From assembly GCA_038150265.1 (NCBI GenBank), contig JAYOTF010000015.1:26614-71172 (forward strand): a stretch of DNA of 44,559 nt, given 5' to 3'. This document shows, one piece after another, positions 10,561-20,520 of this stretch (its first letter is position 1; each line of letters begins with the position of its first letter). The notes beneath the pieces are model-generated. The model had not been told where the DNA came from and made no database searches. It was given only the letters and a program-made list of their open reading frames with translations. A program made the position numbers and the translations under genes. Origin of the DNA: Deltaproteobacteria bacterium (GTDB taxonomy: Bacteria; SAR324; NAC60-12).

Positions 10561-12684
10561 ATGGTCTTGACCATTGTTGCCCTAGCCTTACTGGGGCTTG
10601 GAGTTGCACTCTACTACTCCATGAAGATTTCTGGCATCCCGCTGACGCAAGGCGTGGAGAATCCGGAAGAGGCTGACAAGCTGCGGAAGATTTCCTCGGC
10701 GATTGCCGATGGCGCGATGGCGTTTCTGAAGCAGGAGTACCGGTACATGGTGTACTTCATGATCGGCTTCGCAGTCCTCATCTCCTTGCTGGTGGACGAC
10801 CACCACACGCCTGACACGAATGAAGGCCTCTACACCGCTTTTGCCTTCCTGCTGGGGTCGGTCATCTCCATTGCCTCCGGGTTTGTGGGCATGAAGATCG
10901 CGACCATTGGCAACTCCCGGACCACTGTTTCAGCCAAGTCGGGCATTGGGAAAGCCTTCCAGGTGGCGCTGCAGTCGGGCGCTGTGATGGGATTTGGCCT
11001 CGTGGGCCTGGCCGTTTTGGGATTGGCGGTCATCTACGTGGCGCTGGACGCCATGCTCGGCTTCCCGCAGGAGCAGACGCACATCCTCATGGAAGTCATG
11101 GCCGGCTTTGGGCTGGGCGGCTCCTCCATTGCGCTCTTCGGACGTGTGGGCGGAGGCATCTACACCAAGGCAGCGGACGTGGGTGCTGACCTGGTCGGAA
11201 AGGTCGAGAAGGGCATTCCGGAGGACGACCCCCGGAACCCGGCGGTGATTGCCGATAACGTGGGTGACAACGTGGGCGACGTGGCCGGAATGGGGGCAGA
11301 CCTGTTTGGCTCGTGCGCCGAGAGCACCTGTGCGGCTCTTGTGATTGGCGCGGTGGCGTTTGCCGCTGACCTGGGCGCGTTGCTCTACCCCATCCTGATC
11401 ACCGCGGTGACGATTCCGCTGAGCCTCGTGGTGCTGCTGATGTTCGGCAAGGCCGAGACCGAAGCCCAGGTCGCTCCAGTGCTCAAGAAGCTGCTCATCG
11501 TTTCCACCGTCGTCAACAGCGCCGTGATGCTGCTCCTGACCCTGGGACTGCTTCCGGACGTGTTTGTCATCGACGGTGTGGACTACAGCAACCTCGGCAT
11601 CTTCTTCTGCTACGCCATTGGCGCCTTTGCCGGCCTGGCGGTGGGACTGCTGACCGAGTACTACACCTCCCATGACTTCAAGCCGGTCCGGGAAGTGGCC
11701 AAGGCTTCAGAAACCGGTGCTGCAACCAACATCATCTTCGGTCTGGCCCTCGGCTACGAAAGCTCCGCAGGCTCCATCATTGCCATTGCGGTGAGCATCT
11801 TTGCCTCCTTCTCCCTTGGGGGCATGTACGGGGTGGCCATTGCCGCCATCGGCATGCTGAGCACCCTCGTCATTGGCCTCGCCATTGACGCCTACGGCCC
11901 GGTTGCCGACAACGCTGGCGGCATTGCGGAAATGACGGGCATGGGCGAGAGCATCCGGAACCGCACTGACGTTCTGGACGCTGCCGGAAACACCACTGCC
12001 GCCATCGGAAAAGGCTTTGCCATCGGCTCGGCCATCCTCACTTCGCTGGCGCTGTTTGCCGCATTCATCACCCGTGCGAACTCCCTTCAGGGGGGTGGGC
12101 TGGACAGCCTGGACCTGCTCAATCCGCTGGTGCTGACGGGCACCTTCGTGGGCGCCATGCTGCCGTTCCTCTTCACGGCCATGACCATGAAGTCGGTGGG
12201 AAAAGCGGCCTTTGACATGATCGAAGAGGTCCGCCGGCAGTTCCGGACGATTCCGGGCATCATGGAAGGCACTGGAACCCCAGACTACGCCGAGTGCGTG
12301 GCCATCTCCACGAAGGCGGCGGTGCGGGAAATGATTCCGCCGGGCATCCTCATCATGGGCACACCGCTGGTGGTGGGGTTCCTCTTTGGTGTGGAAGCCG
12401 TTGCTGGCGTCCTGGTGGGCTCTCTGGTCTCCGGAGGCGTGCTGGCCATCTCCTCCGCCAACTCGGGAGGAGCCTGGGACAACGCCAAGAAGTACGTTGA
12501 GAAGGGCAACCTCGGTGGCAAGGGAACCGACACGCACAAAGCGGCTGTGGTGGGTGACACCGTCGGGGATCCGCTCAAGGACACCTCCGGTCCGTCCCTG
12601 AACATCCTGATCAAGCTCTCGGCCATTCTGAGCCTGGTCTTTGTCCCCTTCTTTGTTGAGTACGGGGGCCTGCTGGTCGGCTAA
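10561..12684 (+). CDS. hppA: Membrane-bound K+-dependent ion-pumping pyrophosphatase (H+-PPase type)
   Basis: [38 protein letters not shown] and [23 protein letters not shown] before the ATG at 10561. Confidence 0.96.
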   Translation: MVLTIVALALLGLGVALYYSMKISGIPLTQGVENPEEADKLRKISSAIADGAMAFLKQEYRYMVYFMIGFAVLISLLVDDHHTPDTNEGLYTAFAFLLGSVISIASGFVGMKIATIGNSRTTVSAKSGIGKAFQVALQSGAVMGFGLVGLAVLGLAVIYVALDAMLGFPQEQTHILMEVMAGFGLGGSSIALFGRVGGGIYTKAADVGADLVGKVEKGIPEDDPRNPAVIADNVGDNVGDVAGMGADLFGSCAESTCAALVIGAVAFAADLGALLYPILITAVTIPLSLVVLLMFGKAETEAQVAPVLKKLLIVSTVVNSAVMLLLTLGLLPDVFVIDGVDYSNLGIFFCYAIGAFAGLAVGLLTEYYTSHDFKPVREVAKASETGAATNIIFGLALGYESSAGSIIAIAVSIFASFSLGGMYGVAIAAIGMLSTLVIGLAIDAYGPVADNAGGIAEMTGMGESIRNRTDVLDAAGNTTAAIGKGFAIGSAILTSLALFAAFITRANSLQGGGLDSLDLLNPLVLTGTFVGAMLPFLFTAMTMKSVGKAAFDMIEEVRRQFRTIPGIMEGTGTPDYAECVAISTKAAVREMIPPGILIMGTPLVVGFLFGVEAVAGVLVGSLVSGGVLAISSANSGGAWDNAKKYVEKGNLGGKGTDTHKAAVVGDTVGDPLKDTSGPSLNILIKLSAILSLVFVPFFVEYGGLLVG

Positions 12685-12705
12685 TCGCTGCCAGTTTCAA
12701 GCAAC

Positions 12706-12731
12706 GTGAGGCCAGCTTCGGGTGGCCTCAC
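12706..12731. terminator. Hairpin between the convergent hppA and M20 genes
   Basis: GTGAGGCCA-GCTTCGGG-TGGCCTCAC: a 9-bp stem with a cUUCGg loop that overlaps the M20 gene stop. Confidence 0.65.
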
Positions 12732-14044
12732 CCCTCCTTTTGTTCCGCACACAGCAGCACCAGGGCCTGCGCCATCACCTGCGCAGCATCCATCAGATCC
12801 TCAATGACAATGTACTCATCGGGCTGGTGAGCCAACTCGAGCAGTCCGGGACCGTAGGCAACACAGTTCTTGAGCCGCCCAATGCGGTCGATGTGCTTCT
12901 GGTCGTAGGTGCCGGGAGAGACGACGTACTCGGCCGGTTGCTGCAGCACCGTCTCAATCGCGTGGGTGAGGGCCTGGGCAACGGGAGCCGTGCGTTCAGT
13001 AAACGTCGGAAGCACTTCAAAGAGGTCGGTGAGCCGGTAGTCGAATCCGGAGCGCTCCTGCTTCAGCTGGTCAAGGAGGTCAATGACTTCCTGCCGGACA
13101 TCAGCAAGCTGCTCCTCCGCGAGGAAGCGCCGGTCGAGGACGAGGCGACACCGGTCGGGAACACAGGGCGACGGAAGCCCCGTGCTGGCCGCCTCGCGTT
13201 CGGGTTGCCCGCCGTGAATGGAGTTGAGGTTGAGGGTCGACTGACGGGCTGCCGGAGGCACCACCGGCATGGCGGTTTGCTTCTCCTGAAGCTGGGGCAG
13301 CAGCCGGGTCTCCACCTCATGCAGAAAGGCGCCCATGTGCCGAACGGCGCAGTTTCCCAGAAACGGCATGGAACCGTGGGCGGTCCGCCCAAGGGTTTCC
13401 ACTTCAGCCCACCAGACCCCTCGGTGTCCAAGGCAGATCCGGTCCTTCTGCAAGGGTTCCGGGATGATGACGTGCTGGACGCGTTCCGGAGAAAAGTAAC
13501 CCTGCTCCGCAAGGTAGGCCACTCCGCCGTAGCCTCCGGTTTCTTCGTCTGCGGTTCCGGAAAGCTCAATCGCGCCGGCAAAGTCCGGAAAGCACTCCAG
13601 GAAGGCTTCCACCGCAATGATGGAGGCCGCCAGCCCACCTTTCATGTCGCAGGTGCCGCGCCCGTAAATGCGACCGTCTCGGATCTCGGCGCCGAAGGGG
13701 TCCACGGTCCAGCCTTCGCCCGGGGGCACGACGTCGATGTGCGAATTGAAGTGCACGCAGGGGCCTGGCTGGGTTCCTTCCCGTCGTGCAATGAGGTTCC
13801 AGCGAGGAGTGGTGTCGCTGTCACCGGGAGTGCCAAGGCCCCGGACCCAGTCCAGTGTGAAGCCCTGGGGCTCGAGCCGAGCGGCAAGGACCTCGCACAA
13901 TTCGCGGTAACCGCTGCCCGGAGGGTTGACGGTGGGGAGGCGCACGAGCTGCTGAGTGAGCGCGATGCCGTCTGCGCGTCGAGCCTCGACAGCGGCCTGA
14001 AGGGCTGAAAGACGATTCAGCGGGGTGGGATGTTCTGTTGCCAT
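12728..14044 (-). CDS. M20 metallopeptidase/deacylase (ArgE/DapE family)
   Basis: NSHIDVV, GRGTCDMKGG, ADEETGG, PEP and AHQPDEY metal-binding motifs. Confidence 0.9.
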   Translation of the reverse strand: MATEHPTPLNRLSALQAAVEARRADGIALTQQLVRLPTVNPPGSGYRELCEVLAARLEPQGFTLDWVRGLGTPGDSDTTPRWNLIARREGTQPGPCVHFNSHIDVVPPGEGWTVDPFGAEIRDGRIYGRGTCDMKGGLAASIIAVEAFLECFPDFAGAIELSGTADEETGGYGGVAYLAEQGYFSPERVQHVIIPEPLQKDRICLGHRGVWWAEVETLGRTAHGSMPFLGNCAVRHMGAFLHEVETRLLPQLQEKQTAMPVVPPAARQSTLNLNSIHGGQPEREAASTGLPSPCVPDRCRLVLDRRFLAEEQLADVRQEVIDLLDQLKQERSGFDYRLTDLFEVLPTFTERTAPVAQALTHAIETVLQQPAEYVVSPGTYDQKHIDRIGRLKNCVAYGPGLLELAHQPDEYIVIEDLMDAAQVMAQALVLLCAEQKEG

Positions 14045-15192
14045 AAGACCTCCTTCAGGGCTTCCAACCCCTGTTGATTTTCAGACGGAGTCCGAGACGC
14101 CCAGCGCAGGCACCCCTCTTGTTCCAGTCCGGGTTTGTCCGAGCAGTCCCGGACGTACACGCCATGGTCCCACAGTAGCCTGAGCATGACGGTTTCCGCA
14201 AGTTCCGGATTCGGCAGCTGGACCAGGGAAAAATTGGCGGCAGACGGAAACACGCGCAGGTCCGGAAGCGAACGAAGGTCGGTGTTGAGGGTCCGGGCGT
14301 GATCGATGGCCCGCCGCCGCGCCTGGTCGAAAGCGGCCTGAAAGGCGGAGGCCCCCAACCGCCGAAGGAACCAGGTGGCAAAGCCGTTGAGATTCCAGAG
14401 GAAGCCATCGTGCTGCAGCTCCTGCAGGCGCTCCGGAGCCAGGGCGGCATACCCGACCCGAAGCCCCGCGACGCCGTAATCCTTGGCGAGGCTCTTGATG
14501 AGGATCAGTTGCGGGAACGCATCAAGCCACCCCTGCACCGTAGGCCAGTCCGCCGGGTCCGGGGCGCTGTAGGCGATGAAGCTTTCATCGACCACCACGT
14601 TGCGGACCTCTGGGAGGGCTTCAAGGAGCCACCGGAGGGCTGACTGCGAGAGGAGGCTGCCGTCGGGGTTGTTGGGGTTGATGAGGATCAGGGTGTCTGC
14701 TTGTGCCTTCCGGACGGTGTCGACGAGGGCTTCCGGATCAAGGGCAAACTGCTGTTCTGAACGGAGCTGAAACGGGGTGACGCGTCCGAACCGGGCGGCC
14801 AGCTCGTGGTACTCCGTGAAGTTGGGCTGCACCACAACGCTCTGGTGCGCAAAGCGTCGGAGGATCGCCTGAATGGCCTCCATGGCTCCGTTGGTCAAAA
14901 AGAGCTGTTCGGGAGCCACACCGAGAGCAGGAGCCACCTCTTCAGCCAGGGCCGGCGATTGGCTGGGGTAGTCCTGAAGCAGACGGGTCAGCCCGTGCGG
15001 CGAAAGCTCGGCTTGCAGCTCAGCCCGGACCAACTCCGTGGCTTCCGGGTGGGTGAGGAAGCAGGCATCAAGCCGGACCTCCAGCTGTGGGAAGGCGTGC
15101 TGCAGCGTGCTCAGGCTGGGGGGGTGGCTTCCGGACGCGCGCTTGAGTCGACGGTAGTGGGCAGCAAAATCCTCAAAATCCGGGGAATTCAT
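14017..15192 (-). CDS. PLP-dependent class I/II aminotransferase (HisC/CobD-like)
   Basis: NGAMEAI, NPNNPDG, VDESF and KSLAKDYGVAGLRVGY (PLP lysine). Confidence 0.85.
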   Translation of the reverse strand: MNSPDFEDFAAHYRRLKRASGSHPPSLSTLQHAFPQLEVRLDACFLTHPEATELVRAELQAELSPHGLTRLLQDYPSQSPALAEEVAPALGVAPEQLFLTNGAMEAIQAILRRFAHQSVVVQPNFTEYHELAARFGRVTPFQLRSEQQFALDPEALVDTVRKAQADTLILINPNNPDGSLLSQSALRWLLEALPEVRNVVVDESFIAYSAPDPADWPTVQGWLDAFPQLILIKSLAKDYGVAGLRVGYAALAPERLQELQHDGFLWNLNGFATWFLRRLGASAFQAAFDQARRRAIDHARTLNTDLRSLPDLRVFPSAANFSLVQLPNPELAETVMLRLLWDHGVYVRDCSDKPGLEQEGCLRWASRTPSENQQGLEALKEVLWQQNIPPR

Positions 15193-15333
15193 GTTAGGGT
15201 GTCTCGTATCTGTTGGAGTGCTGATGATGGGAACCCGGAGCCTGGCCCGGGTTTCCCTGAGCCCTGCCGCCGGGCTGCTGCTCCCGCCATTCCGCCACGC
15301 TGTTCACCTCATCACATCATCAAAGGAGGGCTC

Positions 15334-16158
15334 ATGAGCCTTGCAGGAAAAACCCTTTTCATCACCGGAGCCAGCCGGGGCATTGGACTGGCCATTGGGG
15401 TCCGAGCCGCTCAAGACGGCGCCAACGTTGTCATTGCGGCCAAGACGCAAGAGCCTCACCCTCGGCTTCCGGGGACGATCTTCACCGCAGCTGAGGCGGT
15501 GGAAGCCGCAGGCGGACAGGCGCTTCCGTGTGTGGTGGATGTGCGGGATGAGGCGTCGGTTCAAAATGCGGTCGCTCAAGCCGTGGACCGGTTCGGAGGC
15601 ATTGACATTCTCGTCAACAACGCCAGCGCCATTCAGCTGACTGGCACCCTGCAGACCGAGATGAAGCGCTACGACCTGATGCACCAGATCAACACGCGGG
15701 GCACGTTCCTGTGCTCACAGGCCTGCCTGCCGGCGTTGCTGAAGGCGGAAAATCCGCATGTGCTCAACATCTCTCCGCCCCTCAATGTGGAAACCCGCTG
15801 GTTTGCCCCCCATGTGGCCTACACGATGGCAAAGTTCGGAATGAGCCTGTGCGTGCTGGGCATGGCGGGCGAGTTCCGGAAGCAAGGGGTGGCGTTCAAT
15901 GCGCTCTGGCCGAAAACGACCATTGACACGGCTGCCATCCGAAACGTGGTCGGGGCAGAGCTGGCCAACCGGAGCCGCACCCCGGCGATCATGGCCGATG
16001 CCGCCCATGAAATCTTCACACGCTCCAGCCGAGACTGTACCGGAAATTTCTTCATTGATGAAGACCTTCTGCGCAGCGCGGGCGTTTCCGACTTTTCCGG
16101 GTATGCGGTGACCCCCGGAATGAGTGATGCTGAGCTGCAAGCGGACTTCTTCATCTGA
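15334..16158 (+). CDS. Short-chain dehydrogenase (HSDL2-like SDR)
   Basis: TGASRGIG, LVNNAS and YTMAK catalytic motif; SD AAAGGAGG before the ATG at 15334. Confidence 0.92.
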   Translation: MSLAGKTLFITGASRGIGLAIGVRAAQDGANVVIAAKTQEPHPRLPGTIFTAAEAVEAAGGQALPCVVDVRDEASVQNAVAQAVDRFGGIDILVNNASAIQLTGTLQTEMKRYDLMHQINTRGTFLCSQACLPALLKAENPHVLNISPPLNVETRWFAPHVAYTMAKFGMSLCVLGMAGEFRKQGVAFNALWPKTTIDTAAIRNVVGAELANRSRTPAIMADAAHEIFTRSSRDCTGNFFIDEDLLRSAGVSDFSGYAVTPGMSDAELQADFFI

Positions 16159-16263
16159 AAAAGAGACTGGCTCCCGACCCTGGAGTGAAAAAGGCTTGAG
16201 ATTCCGGAATGAAAGCGAGACACTTCAGGGTTTGTTTTGTGTTGAAAATTTTGGGAGAAACAA

Positions 16264-16572
16264 ATGACTTACGTCGTCACCGCGAATTGCCAGAAGTGCA
16301 AGTATACCGATTGCGTGGAAGTGTGCCCGGTTGAGGCCTTCCATGAGGGACCGGAGATGCTGTACATCAATCCGGAAACCTGCATCGACTGCAACGCGTG
16401 TGTAGAAGAATGCCCCGTGGAAGCGATTTATGCGGACGTGGATGTCCCGGACCAGTGGCAGTCCTTCGTCCAGCTCAATGCGGATGGCTGCGAGGAGCAC
16501 CCGGTGATCACGGAGAAGCAGGACCCGCTTCCCACGGCCCGGACTCTGGAAGAGATTCGAGCCGCCGGCTGA
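16264..16572 (+). CDS. fdxA: FdxA-type (7Fe/8Fe dicluster) ferredoxin
   Basis: CQKCKYTDCVEVCP and CIDCNACVEECP; N-terminus MTYVVT as in Azotobacter-type FdI. Confidence 0.9.
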   Translation: MTYVVTANCQKCKYTDCVEVCPVEAFHEGPEMLYINPETCIDCNACVEECPVEAIYADVDVPDQWQSFVQLNADGCEEHPVITEKQDPLPTARTLEEIRAAG

Positions 16573-16573
16573 A

Positions 16574-17110
16574 ATGGCACTGCGCGTCCGGATTCATGAC
16601 ATCCCGAATACCCACGCGCTGGAGCATGCGGGCGTTCTGGAGCCGGAAGAGTTGCCCCGGTTTCTGGAAGCCGGAGGAGCGATACAGGAGCCCCTGCACT
16701 TTGAAACCCAACTGAAGCGGGATCAGGAGACGGTTTACGTCCGAGGCCAGCTGAAGGGGCGAGTGGAGCTCAGCTGCTCCCTCTGCCTGGAGCCGGTTCC
16801 GTGTGAGGTGGCTGAACAGTTTGGGCTCATTCTCTTGCCTGAGCATGAGCAGAAGCACCTGGCTCCGGAGTTAGTGGTCAGCGAAGAGACCGTTGACACG
16901 GATTATTACACAAGCGATCAACTGGACCTGATTGAGTTGCTGGAGGAGCAGGTGCTGCTTGCCCTCCCACTGAAGCCGGTCTGTCAAGAAGACTGTCACG
17001 GGCTCTGTCCCGGATGTGGAGCCAATCTGAACCGAGAGGCCTGCACCTGTCCGGAGCCTGATCTGTCCGACAGTCCATTTGCGGCGCTGTTACCCAAGCG
17101 TCCTTCCTGA
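16574..17110 (+). CDS. yceD: YceD/DUF177 family protein
   Basis: CSLCL and ALPLKPVCQEDCHGLCPGCGANLN; directly upstream of rpmF. Confidence 0.92.
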   Translation: MALRVRIHDIPNTHALEHAGVLEPEELPRFLEAGGAIQEPLHFETQLKRDQETVYVRGQLKGRVELSCSLCLEPVPCEVAEQFGLILLPEHEQKHLAPELVVSEETVDTDYYTSDQLDLIELLEEQVLLALPLKPVCQEDCHGLCPGCGANLNREACTCPEPDLSDSPFAALLPKRPS

Positions 17111-17124
17111 ACGAAAAAGGAACC

Positions 17125-17310
17125 ATGCCAGTCCCCAAGTACAAAACCTCCCGAAGCAAGCGCGACAAGCGCCGTGGTCAGATCAAGCTGACGGCTCCGG
17201 CGTTGTCGTCCTGCACCAACTGCAGTGCCCTGATTCGTCCGCACCGGGTCTGCCCGGAGTGTGGGCATTACAAGGGAGTGGAAGTCGTTCAAGTCGACTC
17301 CTTTTCCTGA
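17125..17310 (+). CDS. rpmF: 50S ribosomal protein L32
   Basis: MPVPKYKTSRSKRDKRR; Zn-type CTNC...PHRVCPECG. Confidence 0.97.
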   Translation: MPVPKYKTSRSKRDKRRGQIKLTAPALSSCTNCSALIRPHRVCPECGHYKGVEVVQVDSFS

Positions 17311-17329
17311 GCCTCTCTTCTAGAAAATC

Positions 17330-18364
17330 ATGGCCATTGCGGTGGATGCGATGGGCGGCGACACGCCGCTCACAATTCCGGTTGAGGCTGCGGTCCGTGC
17401 CGTCAACGACTTCGGCATTGAAGTCGTTCTAGTCGGAGACGAGGCCTCGGTTCGCGAGGAGTTGAAGCGCTATCAGTTCGACCCGGCGAAGCTGGAGGTG
17501 GTGCCATCCACAGAGATTGTGGAGATGCATGAATCTCCGGCATTGGCGCTGCGGCAGAAGAAGGATTCGTCGATCCGTGTGGCCATTGATCGCCTCAAGC
17601 TTGGGCAGGTGGACGCAGTGGTCAGTGCCGGAAACACCGGGGCGGCCATGGCCACAGCCAAGTTTGTGCTCAAGTCCATCAAGGGCGTGGAGCGTCCGGC
17701 GATCGCCACCCTCATGCCGTCCATCAATCGGCAGCAACCCTTTGTCATCCTGGACATTGGAGCGAATACCGATTGCAAACCGCTGTACCTGCTGCAGTTT
17801 GCCATGATGGGGGCCGCCTATGCTCAGGCGGTGCTGGGCGTGGACCATGCGCGGGTGGGACTCCTCAACAATGGAGAGGAGGAGGGCAAGGGCAGCCTGA
17901 TGCTCAAGGAAACCTATGGGCTCATGAAGCAGAGCACCCTCAACTTCTACGGAAACATTGAGGGCAAGGCCATGTTCAAGAATGAGGTGGACGTGGTGGT
18001 CTGTGATGGGCTGGTGGGAAACATTGCGCTCAAGGTGGCCGAAGGCACCTTCGACCTCATTGGTAACGTCCTCAAGCAGGAGATCCAGAGCTCCTGGCTG
18101 GCCAAGCTGGCGTACCTGGGCATGAAGAAGCCCTTCCAGGCCCTCAGGGACCGGGCGGATTACACCGAGGTAGGCGGAGCCCCGCTTCTGGGAGTCAATG
18201 GCATCGTCATCATCTGCCACGGAAGCTCCACTCCGCATACGATCCGCAATGCCATCCGGCACGCCAAGAACTGCGCCGACCTGAAGCTGAACGACCTCAT
18301 CGGCCTCCGGGTTTCGGAAAACCTGGAAGTGATTCAAGCCGCCCAGCAGATGGAGTCCGCTTAG
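17330..18364 (+). CDS. plsX: Phosphate acyltransferase PlsX
   Basis: IAVDAMGGD, SAGNTGA, LDIGAN and GGAPLLGVNG...HGSS; conserved position after rpmF. Confidence 0.97.
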   Translation: MAIAVDAMGGDTPLTIPVEAAVRAVNDFGIEVVLVGDEASVREELKRYQFDPAKLEVVPSTEIVEMHESPALALRQKKDSSIRVAIDRLKLGQVDAVVSAGNTGAAMATAKFVLKSIKGVERPAIATLMPSINRQQPFVILDIGANTDCKPLYLLQFAMMGAAYAQAVLGVDHARVGLLNNGEEEGKGSLMLKETYGLMKQSTLNFYGNIEGKAMFKNEVDVVVCDGLVGNIALKVAEGTFDLIGNVLKQEIQSSWLAKLAYLGMKKPFQALRDRADYTEVGGAPLLGVNGIVIICHGSSTPHTIRNAIRHAKNCADLKLNDLIGLRVSENLEVIQAAQQMESA

Positions 18365-19260
18365 CGGTAGAAGGGGTTCTCCCCACTCTGGTGGTCCGTG
18401 ATGTCAAAGACGCCGGCCACCTGCGGAATGTTTTCCTTGATCATGACCTCAACGCCTTGCTTGAGGGTCACGTCAATCATGCCACAGCCCTGGCAGCCTC
18501 CTCCGAATTCCAGGTACACCGCGTCGTCCTTGATGCCATGCAGGCGGACCACTCCGCCGTGTGAGGCGACCATGGGGTTGATCTGCTCATCCAGCAGGAT
18601 CTGAACCTGCTCCTCAATGCTGCCATCAAGCTTGCGGAGCGACAGCGTCGGGTTCTGAATCTCAAGGGCCCCGTCGGCATCAATGAAGACTTCGGTTCCT
18701 TCCACAAAGCCGATCAGCTCCTGCCGGATGCTCCACTGCAGGCCGGCGCCCTCCCAGGTGATCAACTCGGCGTCTGTTGCCTGCGGCAGGAAGGCCATGG
18801 CGTAGCTTCCCTTCAGGGCAGACTTGGCATCAACCTCAATCTGAATGACCTGTGCCGATTGCTGCTGCAGCTCATTCCGGAGTCGCTCGGCAGCGTCTGC
18901 GGTGACGGTGATCCAGTCGGGCTGGGGGCGGTGCAGCTCTTCAAAGTCTTCAATGAACCAGAAGGTGTCAAAACCGTTGTCGTAGAGGATCTCTGCAGCA
19001 GTGAGGACCTCGCCATCGGGACTTCCGTAGAGAAGGATGTCTCCGGTGAAGGGCATCTGGTAGATGGAGTTCTCAAAGTGCTCAATGGGCAAGCTGTGTG
19101 CGCCTGGAATGTGAGCCGCTTCGTAAGCAGCCGGGCTGCGCAGGTCGAACAGATAAGGCTTGCGAGACGTCCGTCGCTTCTCCCAGAATGCCTTGGCGTC
19201 AACACGGTAGGTTTCCGGACGAAAGACGTCCTCGTCAGAAAGGTCTGTGAACTTGAACAT
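18361..19260 (-). CDS. Rhodanese-like + degenerate A-type carrier + NifU-C fusion (NfuA-like Fe-S carrier)
   Basis: N-terminal FDLRSPAAYEAAHIPGA rhodanese signature; C-terminal INPMVASHGG...FGGGCQGC...TLKQGVE...DITDHQSGENPFY is typical of NfuA. Confidence 0.85.
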   Translation of the reverse strand: MFKFTDLSDEDVFRPETYRVDAKAFWEKRRTSRKPYLFDLRSPAAYEAAHIPGAHSLPIEHFENSIYQMPFTGDILLYGSPDGEVLTAAEILYDNGFDTFWFIEDFEELHRPQPDWITVTADAAERLRNELQQQSAQVIQIEVDAKSALKGSYAMAFLPQATDAELITWEGAGLQWSIRQELIGFVEGTEVFIDADGALEIQNPTLSLRKLDGSIEEQVQILLDEQINPMVASHGGVVRLHGIKDDAVYLEFGGGCQGCGMIDVTLKQGVEVMIKENIPQVAGVFDITDHQSGENPFYR

Positions 19261-19359
19261 GGGGACTCCAACTATTGCGAAAGATGAGGTGACCGGGGTG
19301 CTGGAGAAATAGCACCATTTTGGTACGATTCATTCTAAACACCGTTCAGAAGAGAGTCA

Positions 19360-20160
19360 ATGAATCCGATTGCCCCCCAAAAAATAAGTGAGCTGCTCCA
19401 GCAAAACGCCCCGTGGGTGATTGCGCATCGGGGCCTCAGCCGGTTCTTCCCGGAGAATACCCTGGAAGCCTTCCGTGCCGCCGTGAAGGTGGGAGCGGAT
19501 CTGATTGAGCTGGATGTCTCCCTCAGCCAGGACCGGGTGCCGGTGGTCATCCACGATGAGACGCTGGACCGCACGACCTCAGGCTCCGGACGGGTGGCCG
19601 ACTGGAGCTGGCAGGCGCTCCGGGAGCTGGATGCTGGAAGCTGGAAAGGCCGGGAGCACCAGGGGGCCCGCCTGCCCACCCTGGAGGCGGTTTTTCAGGA
19701 AGTCGGCTCGCAGATTGCGATCAATGTGGAGCTGAAGCCCGAGGGCTTTGAAGAAGCTCCGGCTGCAGACGCGTTGGAGCAGCAGGTCCTTGACCTGATT
19801 GAGCGCTACGGTCTTGCCGAAAGCGTGATGCTTTCGAGTTTTGAACACCGCTTCTTTCCGCGGGTCCGCACGCGTACGGCGGACCTTCCGGTAGCGTTGC
19901 TCTATGAAGCCCTCCCTGATCCGGAAGCGGCCCTGGCGGCATGCCGGGCCTGGGGCGCGATTTCCGTGAACCCGCAGGCCGCGGAACTGACCGAGGCATG
20001 GACGGTGGCCCTTCACGAGGGAGGGCTCCGGATCTTGCCCTGGACGGTAGACGAACCTGCAGAAATGCGTAAATTATTGGGGTGGGGCGTTGATGGCTTT
20101 TTCACAAATGACCCCCAAGCGCTGCAGTCTGTGCTAGGCTCATGGGAGTCAAATGCGTGA
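19360..20160 (+). CDS. Glycerophosphodiester phosphodiesterase
   Basis: IAHRG...PENTLEAF, IELDV, IHDETLDRTT, NVELK and WTVD...GVDGFFTN. Confidence 0.93.
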   Translation: MNPIAPQKISELLQQNAPWVIAHRGLSRFFPENTLEAFRAAVKVGADLIELDVSLSQDRVPVVIHDETLDRTTSGSGRVADWSWQALRELDAGSWKGREHQGARLPTLEAVFQEVGSQIAINVELKPEGFEEAPAADALEQQVLDLIERYGLAESVMLSSFEHRFFPRVRTRTADLPVALLYEALPDPEAALAACRAWGAISVNPQAAELTEAWTVALHEGGLRILPWTVDEPAEMRKLLGWGVDGFFTNDPQALQSVLGSWESNA

Positions 20161-20196
20161 ATCAGGCGCCCTAACCCTCCCCGTCAGAGATCAGAA

Positions 20197-20520
20197 ATGA
20201 GTGAAACGAACTCCGCCCTACCGGACGACCCAGTCCGTTTTTCCAATGAGACCATGCGCCGGGACTATGAACGGCGTCGGGCCCTGCTGTTTGTGGGCGT
20301 CATCATTGGCAACCTGATGCTGGTCAGCTTTGTGCTGGTGCCTCTGAACCGGTTGGGCTACCTCGAAAGTCACTACTACTACTTTGGTGCCAGCTTGCTG
20401 GCCTCCATCATCTGGGGCCGGTTTCAGTGGAAGCGCTGGGATCCCAACAGCGAGCAGCTCAACGAGCCTGCCGAGGCGGCAGAAGCGACACCGACCTCCC
20501 CGGAGTCGGCGGCTTCATGA
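20197..20520 (+). CDS. Hypothetical small membrane protein (2 TM)
   Basis: ATG-started ORF of 107 aa with two hydrophobic segments and host-like codon usage. Confidence 0.65.
   Translation: MSETNSALPDDPVRFSNETMRRDYERRRALLFVGVIIGNLMLVSFVLVPLNRLGYLESHYYYFGASLLASIIWGRFQWKRWDPNSEQLNEPAEAAEATPTSPESAAS

Noticed and set aside
14806..15333. N-terminal extensions in the ORF track (SDR here; also dctP, rplJ, gspF, fadL, hypB, hypD, hypE, hypF)
   Set aside because: Downstream ATGs have SD sequences, stop/start overlaps or family-typical N-termini; the extensions overlap neighbouring genes or leaders.
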